DNA from: an uncultured Acidobacteriota bacterium
Lineage (GTDB): Bacteria > Acidobacteriota > UBA6911
Assembly: GCA_963809485.1 (NCBI GenBank)
Contig: CAWEJX010000010.1
Location: 1 to 64,000 of the forward strand
Reading direction: 5' to 3'
DNA length: 64,000 bases
Part shown: piece after piece, positions 53,023 through 64,000 of the stretch
How positions within the stretch are numbered: the stretch's first letter is position 1
How the letters are laid out: each line of letters begins with the position of its first letter
Translations under genes and position numbers: made by a program
Notes under the pieces: generated by a model
Seen by the model: the letters and a program-made list of their open reading frames with translations, nothing else
Told to the model about the DNA's origin: nothing
Databases searched by the model: none

Positions 53023-53277
53023 ATGGACAAATCGAAACCCGTAGTCGTTGCAAGAGCGTGGGCGGACGGTGAGGCCTCGGTTATCAAGAGTCTGCTTGAG
53101 AGCTACGGCATTCCCTGCCACTATTCACCCGAATTGCCCAACCGCCTTTATCCGGTTCCTGCCGCGGATTTGGGCCAGATAAGGATTTTTGTTCCCGCAA
53201 GCCTTGCCCAGGACGCCAGGCGCATATTGGCGGAGCACCGTCGCGACGCTATGAAGCTCCGACTGGTGGACGACTGA
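53023..53277 (+). CDS. DUF2007-type small protein
   Basis: EASVIKSLLESYGIP...IRIFVP...ARRIL. Confidence 0.8.
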   Translation: MDKSKPVVVARAWADGEASVIKSLLESYGIPCHYSPELPNRLYPVPAADLGQIRIFVPASLAQDARRILAEHRRDAMKLRLVDD

Positions 53278-53334
53278 AAATTGCCTTTGTCGCTTCTGGA
53301 ATAACGGAAACGAGCCCGCAGTCTTCGGGTATAT

Positions 53335-54765
53335 ATGGAAACACAAATCCGCGAAAAAAGTACTGTCGCGGCCCTCTCGGTCGCGGCGGCCATATTTCTT
53401 ACCGTCACGAAACTGGTCGTTGGCCTGATGACGGGAAGCCTGGGAATCCTTGCAGAAGCCGCTCATTCGGCCCTGGATCTGGCGGCCGCCGTCATCACTT
53501 TTTTTGCCGTGCGGATCAGCGACCGGCCTGCCGATGAGTCGCACCTTTACGGGCACGGCAAGGTGGAAAATCTCAGCGCTTTGGCGGAAACCCTGCTTCT
53601 GCTATTAACCTGCCTGTGGATCATCTTTGAAGCTCTTCGCCGCCTTCTTTTCGAGCACGTGGATGTGGATCCAAGCCTGTGGGCCTTCCTGATCATGGCA
53701 CTGTCGATTGTTATCGATTTTTCGCGTTCCAGGGCTTTGTCGCGAATCGCCAAGAAATACCGCAGCCAGGCGCTGGAGGCAGACGCCCTCCATTTCAGCA
53801 CCGATATATGGAGTTCCGCCGTTGTAATTGCCGGATTGCTTCTGGTGAAGTACGGGGAATACCGTGGAGGCGACAAAAGCTATTTCGAGCGTGCAGACGC
53901 GTTTGCCGCCCTGGTGGTTGCGATCATCGTCGTATACGTCAGCGTCAGACTGGGGCGCCGGGCGACAGACGCATTGCTGGACAGGGCGCCCAAAGGCCTG
54001 GCCGACCGCCTGGCGCTGGCGGTCGAAAAAATCGGCGGGATTCAGCGCGTGTCGCGCACCCGGGTGCGCGATGTGGGGAACCGCCTGTTTGTGGACCTCA
54101 TTGTCGATGTGCCGCGCCATCTTTCATTCGAGGAAAGTCATCGGCTGACGGAGAAAGCACAGGAAACGGTTCATGCCATTGCACCCGATGCGGATGTGGT
54201 CGTTCACACCAACCCGATCGCCGAAAGCGAAGGTGTCCTGGAATGCATCCAGGCGACCGCTGCACGGGAACGCCTGGCGGCGCACAATGTGACCACGCAC
54301 TGGACGGAGCGCGGCCTGTGGATCGATCTGGATCTTGAGGTCGATCCGACACTGAGCCTCGAACACGCGCACGAGCTGGCGACAGACCTTGAAAACACAC
54401 TGCGGGCGGAACTGGCCCGGTCGAAGGTTTCGACGCCCATAGCGGGGATAAACGCACACATAGAACCGCAGGCCGAGGAACCGGTTGTCGGAGCGCCGTT
54501 GCAGGCGATCGAGGCAAGTTCCTACATTGCGCGGGTCCACGCGATTGAACGGGAGTTTTCGCGGACCGGCGGGTGTCACGACATAGAGTTGCACAGGATT
54601 AGGGGCAAAATCTATCTCTCGTGCCACCTGTTCATCAACGAGGGCGTGTCCATCGCCGAGGTCCATGAGATTGCGGAGGAAATGGAGAACAGGCTCCGGC
54701 GGGAATTCCCGGAACTCGGGCGGGTGGTTATCCACACGGAACCGAGGTCTGCCGGCAGTGCTTGA
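53335..54765 (+). CDS. Cation diffusion facilitator with three C-terminal ZT_dimer-like domains
   Basis: EAAHSALD, HLYGHGKVE, ADALHFSTD; three repeats ending VHTNP, AHIEP, IHTEP. Confidence 0.92.
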   Translation: METQIREKSTVAALSVAAAIFLTVTKLVVGLMTGSLGILAEAAHSALDLAAAVITFFAVRISDRPADESHLYGHGKVENLSALAETLLLLLTCLWIIFEALRRLLFEHVDVDPSLWAFLIMALSIVIDFSRSRALSRIAKKYRSQALEADALHFSTDIWSSAVVIAGLLLVKYGEYRGGDKSYFERADAFAALVVAIIVVYVSVRLGRRATDALLDRAPKGLADRLALAVEKIGGIQRVSRTRVRDVGNRLFVDLIVDVPRHLSFEESHRLTEKAQETVHAIAPDADVVVHTNPIAESEGVLECIQATAARERLAAHNVTTHWTERGLWIDLDLEVDPTLSLEHAHELATDLENTLRAELARSKVSTPIAGINAHIEPQAEEPVVGAPLQAIEASSYIARVHAIEREFSRTGGCHDIELHRIRGKIYLSCHLFINEGVSIAEVHEIAEEMENRLRREFPELGRVVIHTEPRSAGSA

Positions 54766-54855
54766 CAGGGCGGCAAAATCCCGGCATTGCCGGAGCGGGT
54801 TCGGCATGAGCCCGGGACCTTTTCGCGGGCATTGCCGGATCGATAGAGGATTTTT

Positions 54856-56379
54856 GTGAAATCACTCCAATCATTATTTGTTTCACATCCGGGCATCATG
54901 CTGCTCGCACTCGGCATGCTTGCGGCTGTTTTGCTGCGTGTGCCTTACTATCAGCACTCGCTGATATTTGTGGATGAGGGCATTTATGCAAGCACGGCAT
55001 CCGAACTGGTTTATGGGAAGACGCTATACCGGGATGTCTGGTGCAACCATATGCCGATGGCCATTTATTTCTGCGCATGGATGTTCTCTGTCTTCGGCGT
55101 GAACTCGGCTGCGATTCATGCCGGTTCGCTCCTGCTTGCGCTGCTTGAGTGCCTGCTCCTGTATTTTATCGGGTCCCGTTTCCTATCTCCCAGGGCCGGC
55201 GGGCTGGCAGCCCTGGCCTATGCCGTAATCAGCGCAAATTTCTACACCCCGCGAATCATCGGATACACGCCCGAACAGCTTACGGTGGTTTTCTCTACAG
55301 CGGCCGTCTATTTATTCCTGCGCGCGCTGGAAATTCGCCGGCCGGGAGGATTTTTCTGGGCAGGATTGCTGTCCGCGGCAGGCGCCTTCTCGAAGCCATC
55401 CGCCGCTCCCGAAGTTTTGATGTTCAGCTTTTTCGTGGTGATTTTTATCGGCAGAGAGAACAAGGCCGGAAAAATGCTGTGGCTGCTTTCCGGCACCGCG
55501 GCCGGCGTTGCGGTATTTTTAGGTATTTTGCATCTGAATGCAAGCCTGGACGACTGGTGGCTTCAAAGCGTACTTACGCGCGTCCACTATGTGAACCAGG
55601 TATCCCTGGCGGATTGGATCCGGATCGGTGGGCGCCAGCCGCTCGGTTTTGGGCTCGTTTATTTGTGGCTGTGGATATGGATCTGGAGCGGGCGGAAAGG
55701 AATCGCCGCAGGTGGCACAACGGGATGTTTTCTCTGGGTATGGCTTGCCGCCGCCTTTGCGGGAGTCGCCATCGGCAGGAGGTTTTATGCCAATTACTAT
55801 ATCCAGGTGTTCCCGGCGCTTTCCCTGATGGCAGCGGCCGCGATCGACCGTATGCTCCGGGACGGCATTCGGCGCCGGCACAGGACCGCCGCCTGGGCGG
55901 GCGCAGCTCTTCTGGCCGCAACGTTCCTCTGGTTACAGGCCCGCACGCTGGCGCACTGGTATTTTCTTTTTGACCAGGCTGCGCATCAGCAGACCCGCAT
56001 GTGGGACATGTGCGTGATTGATCGCGGCATGAAGGAGGCCGCAAATCAGATCCGCTCGGTTACCGGGCCGGAGGATCGAATATTTGTCTGGGGGCCGAGC
56101 CCGGAGTTTTACTTTTTGAGCGGGCGCCGCATGGCAACCTCCTACCCGTTTTTCAACGTGATGGATGAATCCCAGCCGCCTTACGGTGAAGAGGAGAGCC
56201 ATACGCTGCGGGCGCTGCTTGAAAAGCCCCCTGCCGTGATTGTAGATCATTTCAAAAACATCAAAATGGCAGACAGGCCGGGATGGAGCGCGCTGCTGTC
56301 CAGGCACTACCGTCTCCTTTACGCAAGCAGCGAGGTCCGTCTCTATGTCCGCCAGGAAAAATCAGCAAAAAGCCGGTGA
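54856..56379 (+). CDS. ArnT/PMT-like GT-C membrane glycosyltransferase
   Basis: DEGIY, LYRDVWCNHMP, multiple TM helices, DRIFVWG..PEFYFLSGR. Confidence 0.8.
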   Translation: MKSLQSLFVSHPGIMLLALGMLAAVLLRVPYYQHSLIFVDEGIYASTASELVYGKTLYRDVWCNHMPMAIYFCAWMFSVFGVNSAAIHAGSLLLALLECLLLYFIGSRFLSPRAGGLAALAYAVISANFYTPRIIGYTPEQLTVVFSTAAVYLFLRALEIRRPGGFFWAGLLSAAGAFSKPSAAPEVLMFSFFVVIFIGRENKAGKMLWLLSGTAAGVAVFLGILHLNASLDDWWLQSVLTRVHYVNQVSLADWIRIGGRQPLGFGLVYLWLWIWIWSGRKGIAAGGTTGCFLWVWLAAAFAGVAIGRRFYANYYIQVFPALSLMAAAAIDRMLRDGIRRRHRTAAWAGAALLAATFLWLQARTLAHWYFLFDQAAHQQTRMWDMCVIDRGMKEAANQIRSVTGPEDRIFVWGPSPEFYFLSGRRMATSYPFFNVMDESQPPYGEEESHTLRALLEKPPAVIVDHFKNIKMADRPGWSALLSRHYRLLYASSEVRLYVRQEKSAKSR

Positions 56380-56416
56380 GAAATGCGGGTTGGCAGAGGA
56401 TGATCGATAATTCTAT

Positions 56417-56782
56417 TGGTAAACCCCGGCTCTGGGCTATAAGTTTGACAGCTCCGTATTTTGAAACGCTGAGATACGCTGACAAACGATTTGTTCGGCG
56501 AGGGTCGGCGAGCAAAGCCAATGAGGCGCTTCCGATGGAGTTTTCTGCGGCGGCACTGTGGCAAGCGCCGTGCGGCAAGGAGATGGAGGTTATGGGAAAC
56601 CGGGCGTTTGCCACAGTGCCGCCGCAGAAACTGTCCAGCGCCGAGCGCTGGCCCGCGGGGATCGGAAGCGCCTCATCGGCTTTTGCCCGCGTAAGTCAGC
56701 GTTCAAGACCAGCGTAATTCCTCCAACCGCTTTGAGCGGTTCCAATCTTTCAAGCCTGCGGCTTTGCCCGAGGTGCCTGACT
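56417..56782 (+). mobile_element. Non-autonomous IS200/IS605-end-like palindromic element (MITE/REPIN-like)
   Basis: Left end shared with 16531; nested internal inverted repeats; right end CCGCTTTGAGCGG...TCAAGCCTGCGGCTTTGCCCGAGG; no ORF of substance. Confidence 0.6.
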
Positions 56783-56803
56783 TTTTCGGCATTGGGTACG
56801 GTT

Positions 56804-58243
56804 TTATTGGGGGCTTCCGCCGAACTCGATTCCCCTTTTCTCCCTGCCCAATGCGGCGACAACGGCGCCCAGGATAAAGACAGTCAGCGCAGTTCCCGCC
56901 ATGGCATTGGCGTAGTTCATACGTTCGGCAAACAGGGCTTCCAGATAGCCTACGCTGCCGGCCAGAAGAACGCCGCATTGATAAGCAAACCCCGGGAAAA
57001 ATCCCCTGACCGCGTCCGGCGATAATTCCGTAATGTGCGCCGGGATGACGCCCCATGCTCCCTGGACCATAAACTGCATCAGGAAGGCGCCCAGCGCCAG
57101 CAAGGCGGTATCCGGGGCGTAAGCCCAAAGAGGGATGATGAGGATGGCAAGAAGCAGGGCGGTCACGATTCCCTTCCGGCGGCCGAATCGGTCGGAGAAC
57201 AGCCCGCAGCATATGCCGCCTGCCAGAGCGCCCAAGTTGGCGATGATGGTCACTCCCGCGGTTAATTGAACGGAGAAGCCGCGATGCGTCTTCAGGAAAG
57301 TCGGGTACATGTCCTGAGTCCCATGGGCGACAAAGTTCATCATGGTCATCAGCGCAACCATATAGAAAAACAGCTTTCGATGGCCTTCGGCCACGCGCCA
57401 GGTTACGTCCGCCATGAATGCAATCAGCAGTGCCCCGAAAAAGACAATGCATCCCCGGAATAAGCCCGAGGTTAAATAGCCGGTCAGCAGCGGATTGCCG
57501 CTGATCCAGGCCGCCGCTCTCGTGAGCACGAAATCCGAAAGGGCAGCCGCGGCCGCGATCAGGAAATAGGCGTGGATGTGCGAGCGGACCGACGACCAGA
57601 GCGAGCTCCAATCCCTTCTGCGGGTCTTTTCCCAAACTGTCGATTCTTTGACCTTCCGCCGGATGAACCATGCCAAAATGGCAGGAGCTCCGCCGATAAA
57701 AAACATCGCCCGCCAGCCCAGGTAAGGAAAAACAAAAAAATAGGCCAGCGAAGCCATGATGTACCCGATGGCATACCCTTCCTGAAGGACCCCGGAAAGA
57801 ATTCCACGCCATCGGGCCGGCACGGCTTCCATGGCCAGAGAGGCTCCAACCCCCCATTCTCCACCCATGCCGATCCCGAAGAGAGCCCGCAGGATTATGA
57901 AGGTGGTGTAATTGGGTGCGAGACCGGAAGCAATTTCGATCACTGAATAAAAAACCACATCGATCATCAGAGGGATGCGCCGCCCGTAACGGTCGGCCAT
58001 CAAGCCAAAAATGAAGGCGCCCACGGGTCTGAATGCCAGAGTGGCGGTCAGGGTTAGGGCCATGTCCGCGTGGCTGCATTTGAAATCCTTGGCGATATCC
58101 GTCAGGACCATGACGACGATAAAAAAATCGAACGCGTCCAGCGTCCAGCCAAGGAATGAAGCGACCAGGGCATTCCGCGAATCTTTGAGCTTTTCCGCAG
58201 GAGCAGGCTCGGCCGATGCAATTGTGCCCGACATCGGATGCAT
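56804..58243 (-). CDS. MFS transporter, sialate/carboxylate:H+ symporter (NanT/JEN-like)
   Basis: LGWTLDAFDFF, ADRYGRR, GMGGEWG, HGTQDMYPTFL, QGAWGVIPAHITEL. Confidence 0.9.
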   Translation of the reverse strand: MHPMSGTIASAEPAPAEKLKDSRNALVASFLGWTLDAFDFFIVVMVLTDIAKDFKCSHADMALTLTATLAFRPVGAFIFGLMADRYGRRIPLMIDVVFYSVIEIASGLAPNYTTFIILRALFGIGMGGEWGVGASLAMEAVPARWRGILSGVLQEGYAIGYIMASLAYFFVFPYLGWRAMFFIGGAPAILAWFIRRKVKESTVWEKTRRRDWSSLWSSVRSHIHAYFLIAAAAALSDFVLTRAAAWISGNPLLTGYLTSGLFRGCIVFFGALLIAFMADVTWRVAEGHRKLFFYMVALMTMMNFVAHGTQDMYPTFLKTHRGFSVQLTAGVTIIANLGALAGGICCGLFSDRFGRRKGIVTALLLAILIIPLWAYAPDTALLALGAFLMQFMVQGAWGVIPAHITELSPDAVRGFFPGFAYQCGVLLAGSVGYLEALFAERMNYANAMAGTALTVFILGAVVAALGREKRGIEFGGSPQ

Positions 58244-58462
58244 GCCTCACGATGGTTCGAATGAATTAGCGCGCTTGCTGTGGTGAAACCTATTGTAGTA
58301 CGGCTTGAGGCTAAAAAGCCACAAAATGGCTAATTTCGAATTTTGGACGCCGCCCTACACAGGCATCGGACCCCCCCCTGATCGGTATGCCGGAAAATTG
58401 GGCGCGGGAGTGCGATGCGGTTATAATAGCTCTCCGTCTGATGAATTCATTGGGATGAGGGA

Positions 58463-59254
58463 ATGACTTACGTTGCCTTGACCATCGCCGGCTCTGATCC
58501 TTCAGGAGGCGCCGGCATTCAGGCCGACCTTAAAACCTTTCACCAGAGAGGCGTCTACGGGACAAGCGTCCTTACTCTGATAACGGTTCAAAACACCCAG
58601 CGGGTGAGTGTTGTGGAATGCCTTTCGCCTCAGATCGTTGCGGCCCAGCTTCAGGCGGTATTGGAAGACATTCCGCCCTTGGCTGCCAAAACGGGGGCAC
58701 TCGGTGATACCGGAACTATCAAGGCGATAGCCGAGCGCGCGCGGGATTTCAAATTTCCCCTTGTAGTGGACCCCGTGATGGTCAGCAAGCACGGCCATCC
58801 GCTTATTACGGGCGAAGCCCGGCAGACGATGGCAGAACTCCTGCTTCCATATGCCTTCCTGGTCACCCCAAATCTCCCCGAAGCCGGCGTATTGGCGCAC
58901 ATGACAGTTTCCGATCCGAGCACTATGAAGGAAGCAGCCCTCAAAATCGCCGCGCTGGGGCCTCAGGCGGTACTGGTCAAAGGCGGTCACCTCAAGGGAG
59001 AAGCATTGGACCTACTTTACTGGCAAGGCAAGTTTTTTTATTTTGAATCGCCGCGGATCGAGACTGCGCATACTCACGGGACGGGTTGCACATATTCGGC
59101 CTGCATTACGGCCGAACTCGCGAAGGGCCGAGGGCTCGAGCAAGCCGTGCATATTGCCAAACAGTTTATCACCCGGGCAATTGAGACCGGGCCAGGCTTG
59201 GGCAAAGGGGCCGGACCAATAAATCATCACGCAACCATAGAAGAGGAGCGATAA
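58463..59254 (+). CDS. thiD: Hydroxymethylpyrimidine/phosphomethylpyrimidine kinase
   Basis: TIAGSDPSGGAGIQADLKT, VDPVM, TPNLPEA, KGGH, HTHGTGCT. Confidence 0.95.
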   Translation: MTYVALTIAGSDPSGGAGIQADLKTFHQRGVYGTSVLTLITVQNTQRVSVVECLSPQIVAAQLQAVLEDIPPLAAKTGALGDTGTIKAIAERARDFKFPLVVDPVMVSKHGHPLITGEARQTMAELLLPYAFLVTPNLPEAGVLAHMTVSDPSTMKEAALKIAALGPQAVLVKGGHLKGEALDLLYWQGKFFYFESPRIETAHTHGTGCTYSACITAELAKGRGLEQAVHIAKQFITRAIETGPGLGKGAGPINHHATIEEER

Positions 59255-59337
59255 GTTTGTAGTTGGCGAAGTTGTGCGGATATCCTGACATCCGAAAGCA
59301 TAAATGGGGGAATAGAGCCTGTTTTGGAGATATTGGA

Positions 59338-60168
59338 ATGGAACTGAATCGCGTACGCCCGCCCAAAGCCTATGAAGACGCCGAATTCCTGAATGGCGAA
59401 GACGCCCGCCTGATCCGGATTCTCAGCGAATATCTGGAGCCCGAGAGCAGGCTGAAAATGCAGCGTGTCAAAGATACCATTGTTTTTTTTGGCTCGGCCC
59501 GGATCCTGCCCCGGGATGAGAGTGAAAGGGGGCTTGCCGATCTCAGGAACAGGCTGGTTGGAGAAAGCGTGGCGGACAGACCGTCCGCAGAGGACATCGT
59601 TCAGGCGGAACGGGCGGTTCAGTTGTCCCGGTATTACGAAGACGCTTCAACTCTGGCGCAGATGATCGTGCGATGGGCCAGGACCCTGAACGGGGGATTC
59701 AAGCGCCTGATGATCTGCTCCGGCGGCGGCCCCGGAATCATGGAAGCCGCCAACCGCGGTGCCCGCGAAGCCGGCGGCCAGTCCATCGGCTTCTCGATCA
59801 GCCTTCCGATGGAACAGCAGATCAATCCTTACGTTTCAAAGGAATTGGCTTTTGAGTTCCATTATTTTTTCATGCGCAAATTTTGGTTTGTTTATCCGGC
59901 GCTGGCGCTGGTGATTTTCCCGGGAGGATTCGGCACCCTGGACGAGGCTTTTGAGGTGTTGACACTGGTGCAGACGAGGAAATATCCCAAAAGAATGCCG
60001 GTGCTGATTTACGGATCCGATTATTGGAAGCAGGTGCTGAATTTTGACGCCATGGTGCGTTGGGGTACAATCTCGCCGGACGATCTGGAGCTGCTTCACT
60101 ATTCCGACGATCCGCAAAGTGCCTTCGACTACCTGAAGACGGAACTTACGCGGATCTATAGCCTCTGA
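59338..60168 (+). CDS. LOG family protein (TIGR00730-like)
   Basis: [36 protein letters not shown]. Confidence 0.92.
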   Translation: MELNRVRPPKAYEDAEFLNGEDARLIRILSEYLEPESRLKMQRVKDTIVFFGSARILPRDESERGLADLRNRLVGESVADRPSAEDIVQAERAVQLSRYYEDASTLAQMIVRWARTLNGGFKRLMICSGGGPGIMEAANRGAREAGGQSIGFSISLPMEQQINPYVSKELAFEFHYFFMRKFWFVYPALALVIFPGGFGTLDEAFEVLTLVQTRKYPKRMPVLIYGSDYWKQVLNFDAMVRWGTISPDDLELLHYSDDPQSAFDYLKTELTRIYSL

Positions 60169-60273
60169 TCTTCACTTCTCCAAGGGTTCCGCAGCCTTGA
60201 GCTGTGCGAGGCCGAAGCACAGGAAATTCACTCAAAACCGTGTAATTCGGGATTTTTTTATCTAGAATATCGT

Positions 60274-61614
60274 ATGGACGAATTTCTGCTGCAGCGTCGC
60301 TACGAGGAAAGCCCGCCTTCACCCAAGGATCATCGGCATCCTGCGGAAAGGGACCGCGACCGCATCCTGCACAGCGCGGCGTTCCGCCGGCTTCAGGGGA
60401 AAACCCAGGTTTTCGGCATCGGACAGGCAGATTTTTATCGCACACGCCTGACTCACAGCATCGAGGTTGCCCAGATTGCCCGGGCCATTTCCCACAACCT
60501 CCTCATCGAGCAGCCGCTGCTCGATCGCTGCCTGGTGCCTGAACTGGCTGAGGCGGCGGCTCTCGCGCACGATCTGGGCCATCCGCCATTCGGGCATGCG
60601 GGGGAACAGACGCTAGACGCCTGCATGCGGGAGGTAAGCCGCCGGGCGCATCTGAAAGGCAAGCGCGCACTTCGATTTGAAGGTAATGCGCAGACCTTTC
60701 ATATTTTGGTGTCGGCGGAGCCGAAATCCCCTTCCTATCCGGGACTGAATCTGACGCGGGCGACGCTCGCCGGCGTTCTGAAATACCCCTACGAACAGGA
60801 TATCGGCAACGACAAATTTATTTTTTCGTCGGAACTTCCCGTAGCCAAATGGGCGCTTCAGCACGGGGCCGCCATTATGCATACGAGCAAAAATTCGGGG
60901 AGGCGGCAGCCCAAGACATCCCTTACCTGCCAGATTCTCGATTGGGCGGATGACTGCGCGTATTCGATCCATGATGTGGAGGATGCGCTGCAGGCCCAGT
61001 TCCTGCACCCGGGTGAGCTTGAGGATGCCCGGTTCGGCCGGCGAGTTTTTGCCCATTACGAGGAAACCCGTGAAGAGGAGGAAGTTCCCAGGCTGGCTTT
61101 CGCGGAGGTGCGGGAGCGGCTCCTGGACCTGGAACGGAGAATCCGCTTTCCGGAGCACGGCGATGAACGGGCTTACCGGAAATCGGCGATGCGAAACATT
61201 CTCAACGATCTGATTACGTCCGTTTTGCTTGAAACCTGCGCGGGCGGCCGTCGCTCGGATTTTTCCTGGCGCCTCATCGTCCCGCCTGAAGCGCGGATCC
61301 TTTCCGTGCTCTGCAAATCCGTCATATGGGAAGCCGTGATTACGGATCCAAGAGTTGCCGCTATGAGCACCAAGGGGCGGGAAATCCTGAGGGATCTCTT
61401 TCATCTGCTCCTCGAAGAGGTCCTTGAGAAAAGGAGCGCTGCCCTTTTCCCCAGATATTACAGGAATATTGTTGAAGGCTGTTTCGGAAAGGGGCAGATG
61501 GAGGCGGCCCGTGCAGTGTGCAATTTCCTCGCCCTGCTGACCGATATGGATGCCCTCCGGCTCCATGCCCTTCTTCGTGGATCCAAGTCGTCCTCCATTT
61601 TCGATTTCATCTGA
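60274..61614 (+). CDS. dgt: dNTP triphosphohydrolase (dGTPase, HD superfamily)
   Basis: RDRDRILHSAAFRRLQGKTQV, RTRLTHSIEV, AHDLGHPPFGHAGE, FEGNAQ, WADDCAYSIHDVED. Confidence 0.92.
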   Translation: MDEFLLQRRYEESPPSPKDHRHPAERDRDRILHSAAFRRLQGKTQVFGIGQADFYRTRLTHSIEVAQIARAISHNLLIEQPLLDRCLVPELAEAAALAHDLGHPPFGHAGEQTLDACMREVSRRAHLKGKRALRFEGNAQTFHILVSAEPKSPSYPGLNLTRATLAGVLKYPYEQDIGNDKFIFSSELPVAKWALQHGAAIMHTSKNSGRRQPKTSLTCQILDWADDCAYSIHDVEDALQAQFLHPGELEDARFGRRVFAHYEETREEEEVPRLAFAEVRERLLDLERRIRFPEHGDERAYRKSAMRNILNDLITSVLLETCAGGRRSDFSWRLIVPPEARILSVLCKSVIWEAVITDPRVAAMSTKGREILRDLFHLLLEEVLEKRSAALFPRYYRNIVEGCFGKGQMEAARAVCNFLALLTDMDALRLHALLRGSKSSSIFDFI

Positions 61615-61645
61615 GCGGGGGACACAATTGCCGGGAGAATATGCG

Positions 61646-62071
61646 ATGAGAAAAGCAAAACGCATTCTGGTAGGGCTGAAAACATTCGATCATGCCGTTG
61701 AGCTGACCGATCTTGCATGCCGCGTGGGCGCGGCCAATGCCTCGCTGATGCTGGCTCATGTTATTGAGCTGCCTGAGCCAACTCCCCTGGACGCGGATGT
61801 GCCGGAGATGGACGCGGAAGCAAAGCGTATCCTGGGTGCTGCGGAACGCGTGGCCCGGCGCACCGGGATGAAGATTTCCCGCCAGGTGTTCCGGGCGCAC
61901 AATGCCGGAGAAGCCTTGCTCGAGGAAATGAAGCAAAAAAAGATAGATCTGGCAGTTCTCGGATACCATCACAAGCGCACGATCGGGGAAATACTTTTGG
62001 GCACTACCTCCAAACATCTTTCCCGCCATGCACCCTGCAAGCTGCTGCTCAGCATCCCCGTGCGGAAATAG
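61646..62071 (+). CDS. Universal stress protein
   Basis: KRILVG, LAHVIE, DLAVLG, LLGTTS..L.RHAPCKLL. Confidence 0.88.
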   Translation: MRKAKRILVGLKTFDHAVELTDLACRVGAANASLMLAHVIELPEPTPLDADVPEMDAEAKRILGAAERVARRTGMKISRQVFRAHNAGEALLEEMKQKKIDLAVLGYHHKRTIGEILLGTTSKHLSRHAPCKLLLSIPVRK

Positions 62072-62194
62072 GTGGCGGTCCGGCATCCCGTATTTCAAGC
62101 CTTCGACAAATCCAGCTTCAGGCCGCAAAAAATGCAAGCCAAAAGGTCCGTGGCCCTCAACCTGGGGCGTGCGATCCGTCCGAGCATGGTGCAG

Positions 62195-62223
62195 TTGACA
62201 GGAGACAGGCGGTTGGATAGGCT
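62195..62223 (+). promoter_or_regulatory. Possible sigma70 promoter of proS
   Basis: TTGACA-N17-TAGGCT. Confidence 0.4.
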
Positions 62224-62254
62224 TTTGCCTTTGGTATTTGCGGAATATTTCTGA

Positions 62255-63709
<1,455 letters not shown>

Positions 63710-63832
63710 TCATTGACGATTGGAAGCATGCGCCGGCAACAATGGATCCGTTTTAGATTTCTTCGTGATGATCCCCTGAAATAATGTGCCTCATCGATTT
63801 TTGCCAATGTATTTGAGCGGTAAATTTCCAAT

Positions 63833-63996
63833 GGGAGGCCCATCGGCTCTGCCGGAGAGGCTCTATCAGTTTGTCAAATACGGGAGGATGCGTGTTTGAA
63901 TATCGGATGTCGAATATCGAATGTCGAACCGCAAAGGTTGGTTCTGGACTACGAAATTCATCATTCGCCATTCGACATTCTGCGGCTCAAAAAAGG
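63833..63996. repeat. IS200-end-like hairpin followed by inverted heptamer arrays
   Basis: CGGCTCTGCCG hairpin with AGTTTGTCA; GAATATC/GAATGTC units then TTCGCCA TTCGACA TTCTGCGG. Confidence 0.55.
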
Positions 63997-64000
63997 GTTG

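Noticed and set aside
56804-58243. Extra central TM hairpin in the MFS protein as a novelty
   Set aside because: 14-TM topology is already known for NanT-type members
58290-58462. TPP riboswitch upstream of thiD
   Set aside because: No recognisable CUGAGA or other TPP core motifs
60274-61614. Anti-phage dGTPase
   Set aside because: Housekeeping context (thiD, LOG, USP, proS) with no defence neighbours

Overview
Bacterial sequence that looks like a mosaic. Part A (1-~2470, very GC-rich): a DUF3604 / PpiC-type rotamase / HupE-UreJ triad, cut off abruptly. Part B (~2470-11935, Planctomycete-like): a Gld-type ABC system (ATPase, fused permease-GldG, DUF4340), nadB and a low-complexity protein. 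Part C (11936-13531): a 3'-truncated IS1380 next to a 321-nt, synonymously diverged copy of a gene found intact at 24.8-26.2 kb. Part D (13.5-64 kb, visibly lower GC, probably an anaerobic Acidobacteriota-like genome; taxonomy is inference). Part D contains secreted enzymes, a 12-kb minus-strand molybdo-flavoenzyme island and then housekeeping genes (OPT transporter, uvrA, queE, htrA, hrcA-grpE-dnaK-dnaJ-rsmE, CDF, thiD, LOG, dgt, USP, proS). The island has two xanthine-oxidase-family Mo subunits, a 2Fe-2S subunit, a PaoB-like flavoprotein with a whole GltD-like oxidoreductase inserted, a Sec/Cys-less UGSC fusion protein, an FAD oxidoreductase and a Tat 4Fe-4S lipoprotein; it is the best candidate for an undescribed system. 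Intergenic DNA carries IS200-end-like palindromic miniature elements and heptamer arrays, including (TTAGGGA)n. Frameshifts cluster in 1-13.6 kb and 29.6-33.5 kb and are most likely consensus errors. All family calls come from motif recognition by eye; no database search was run.
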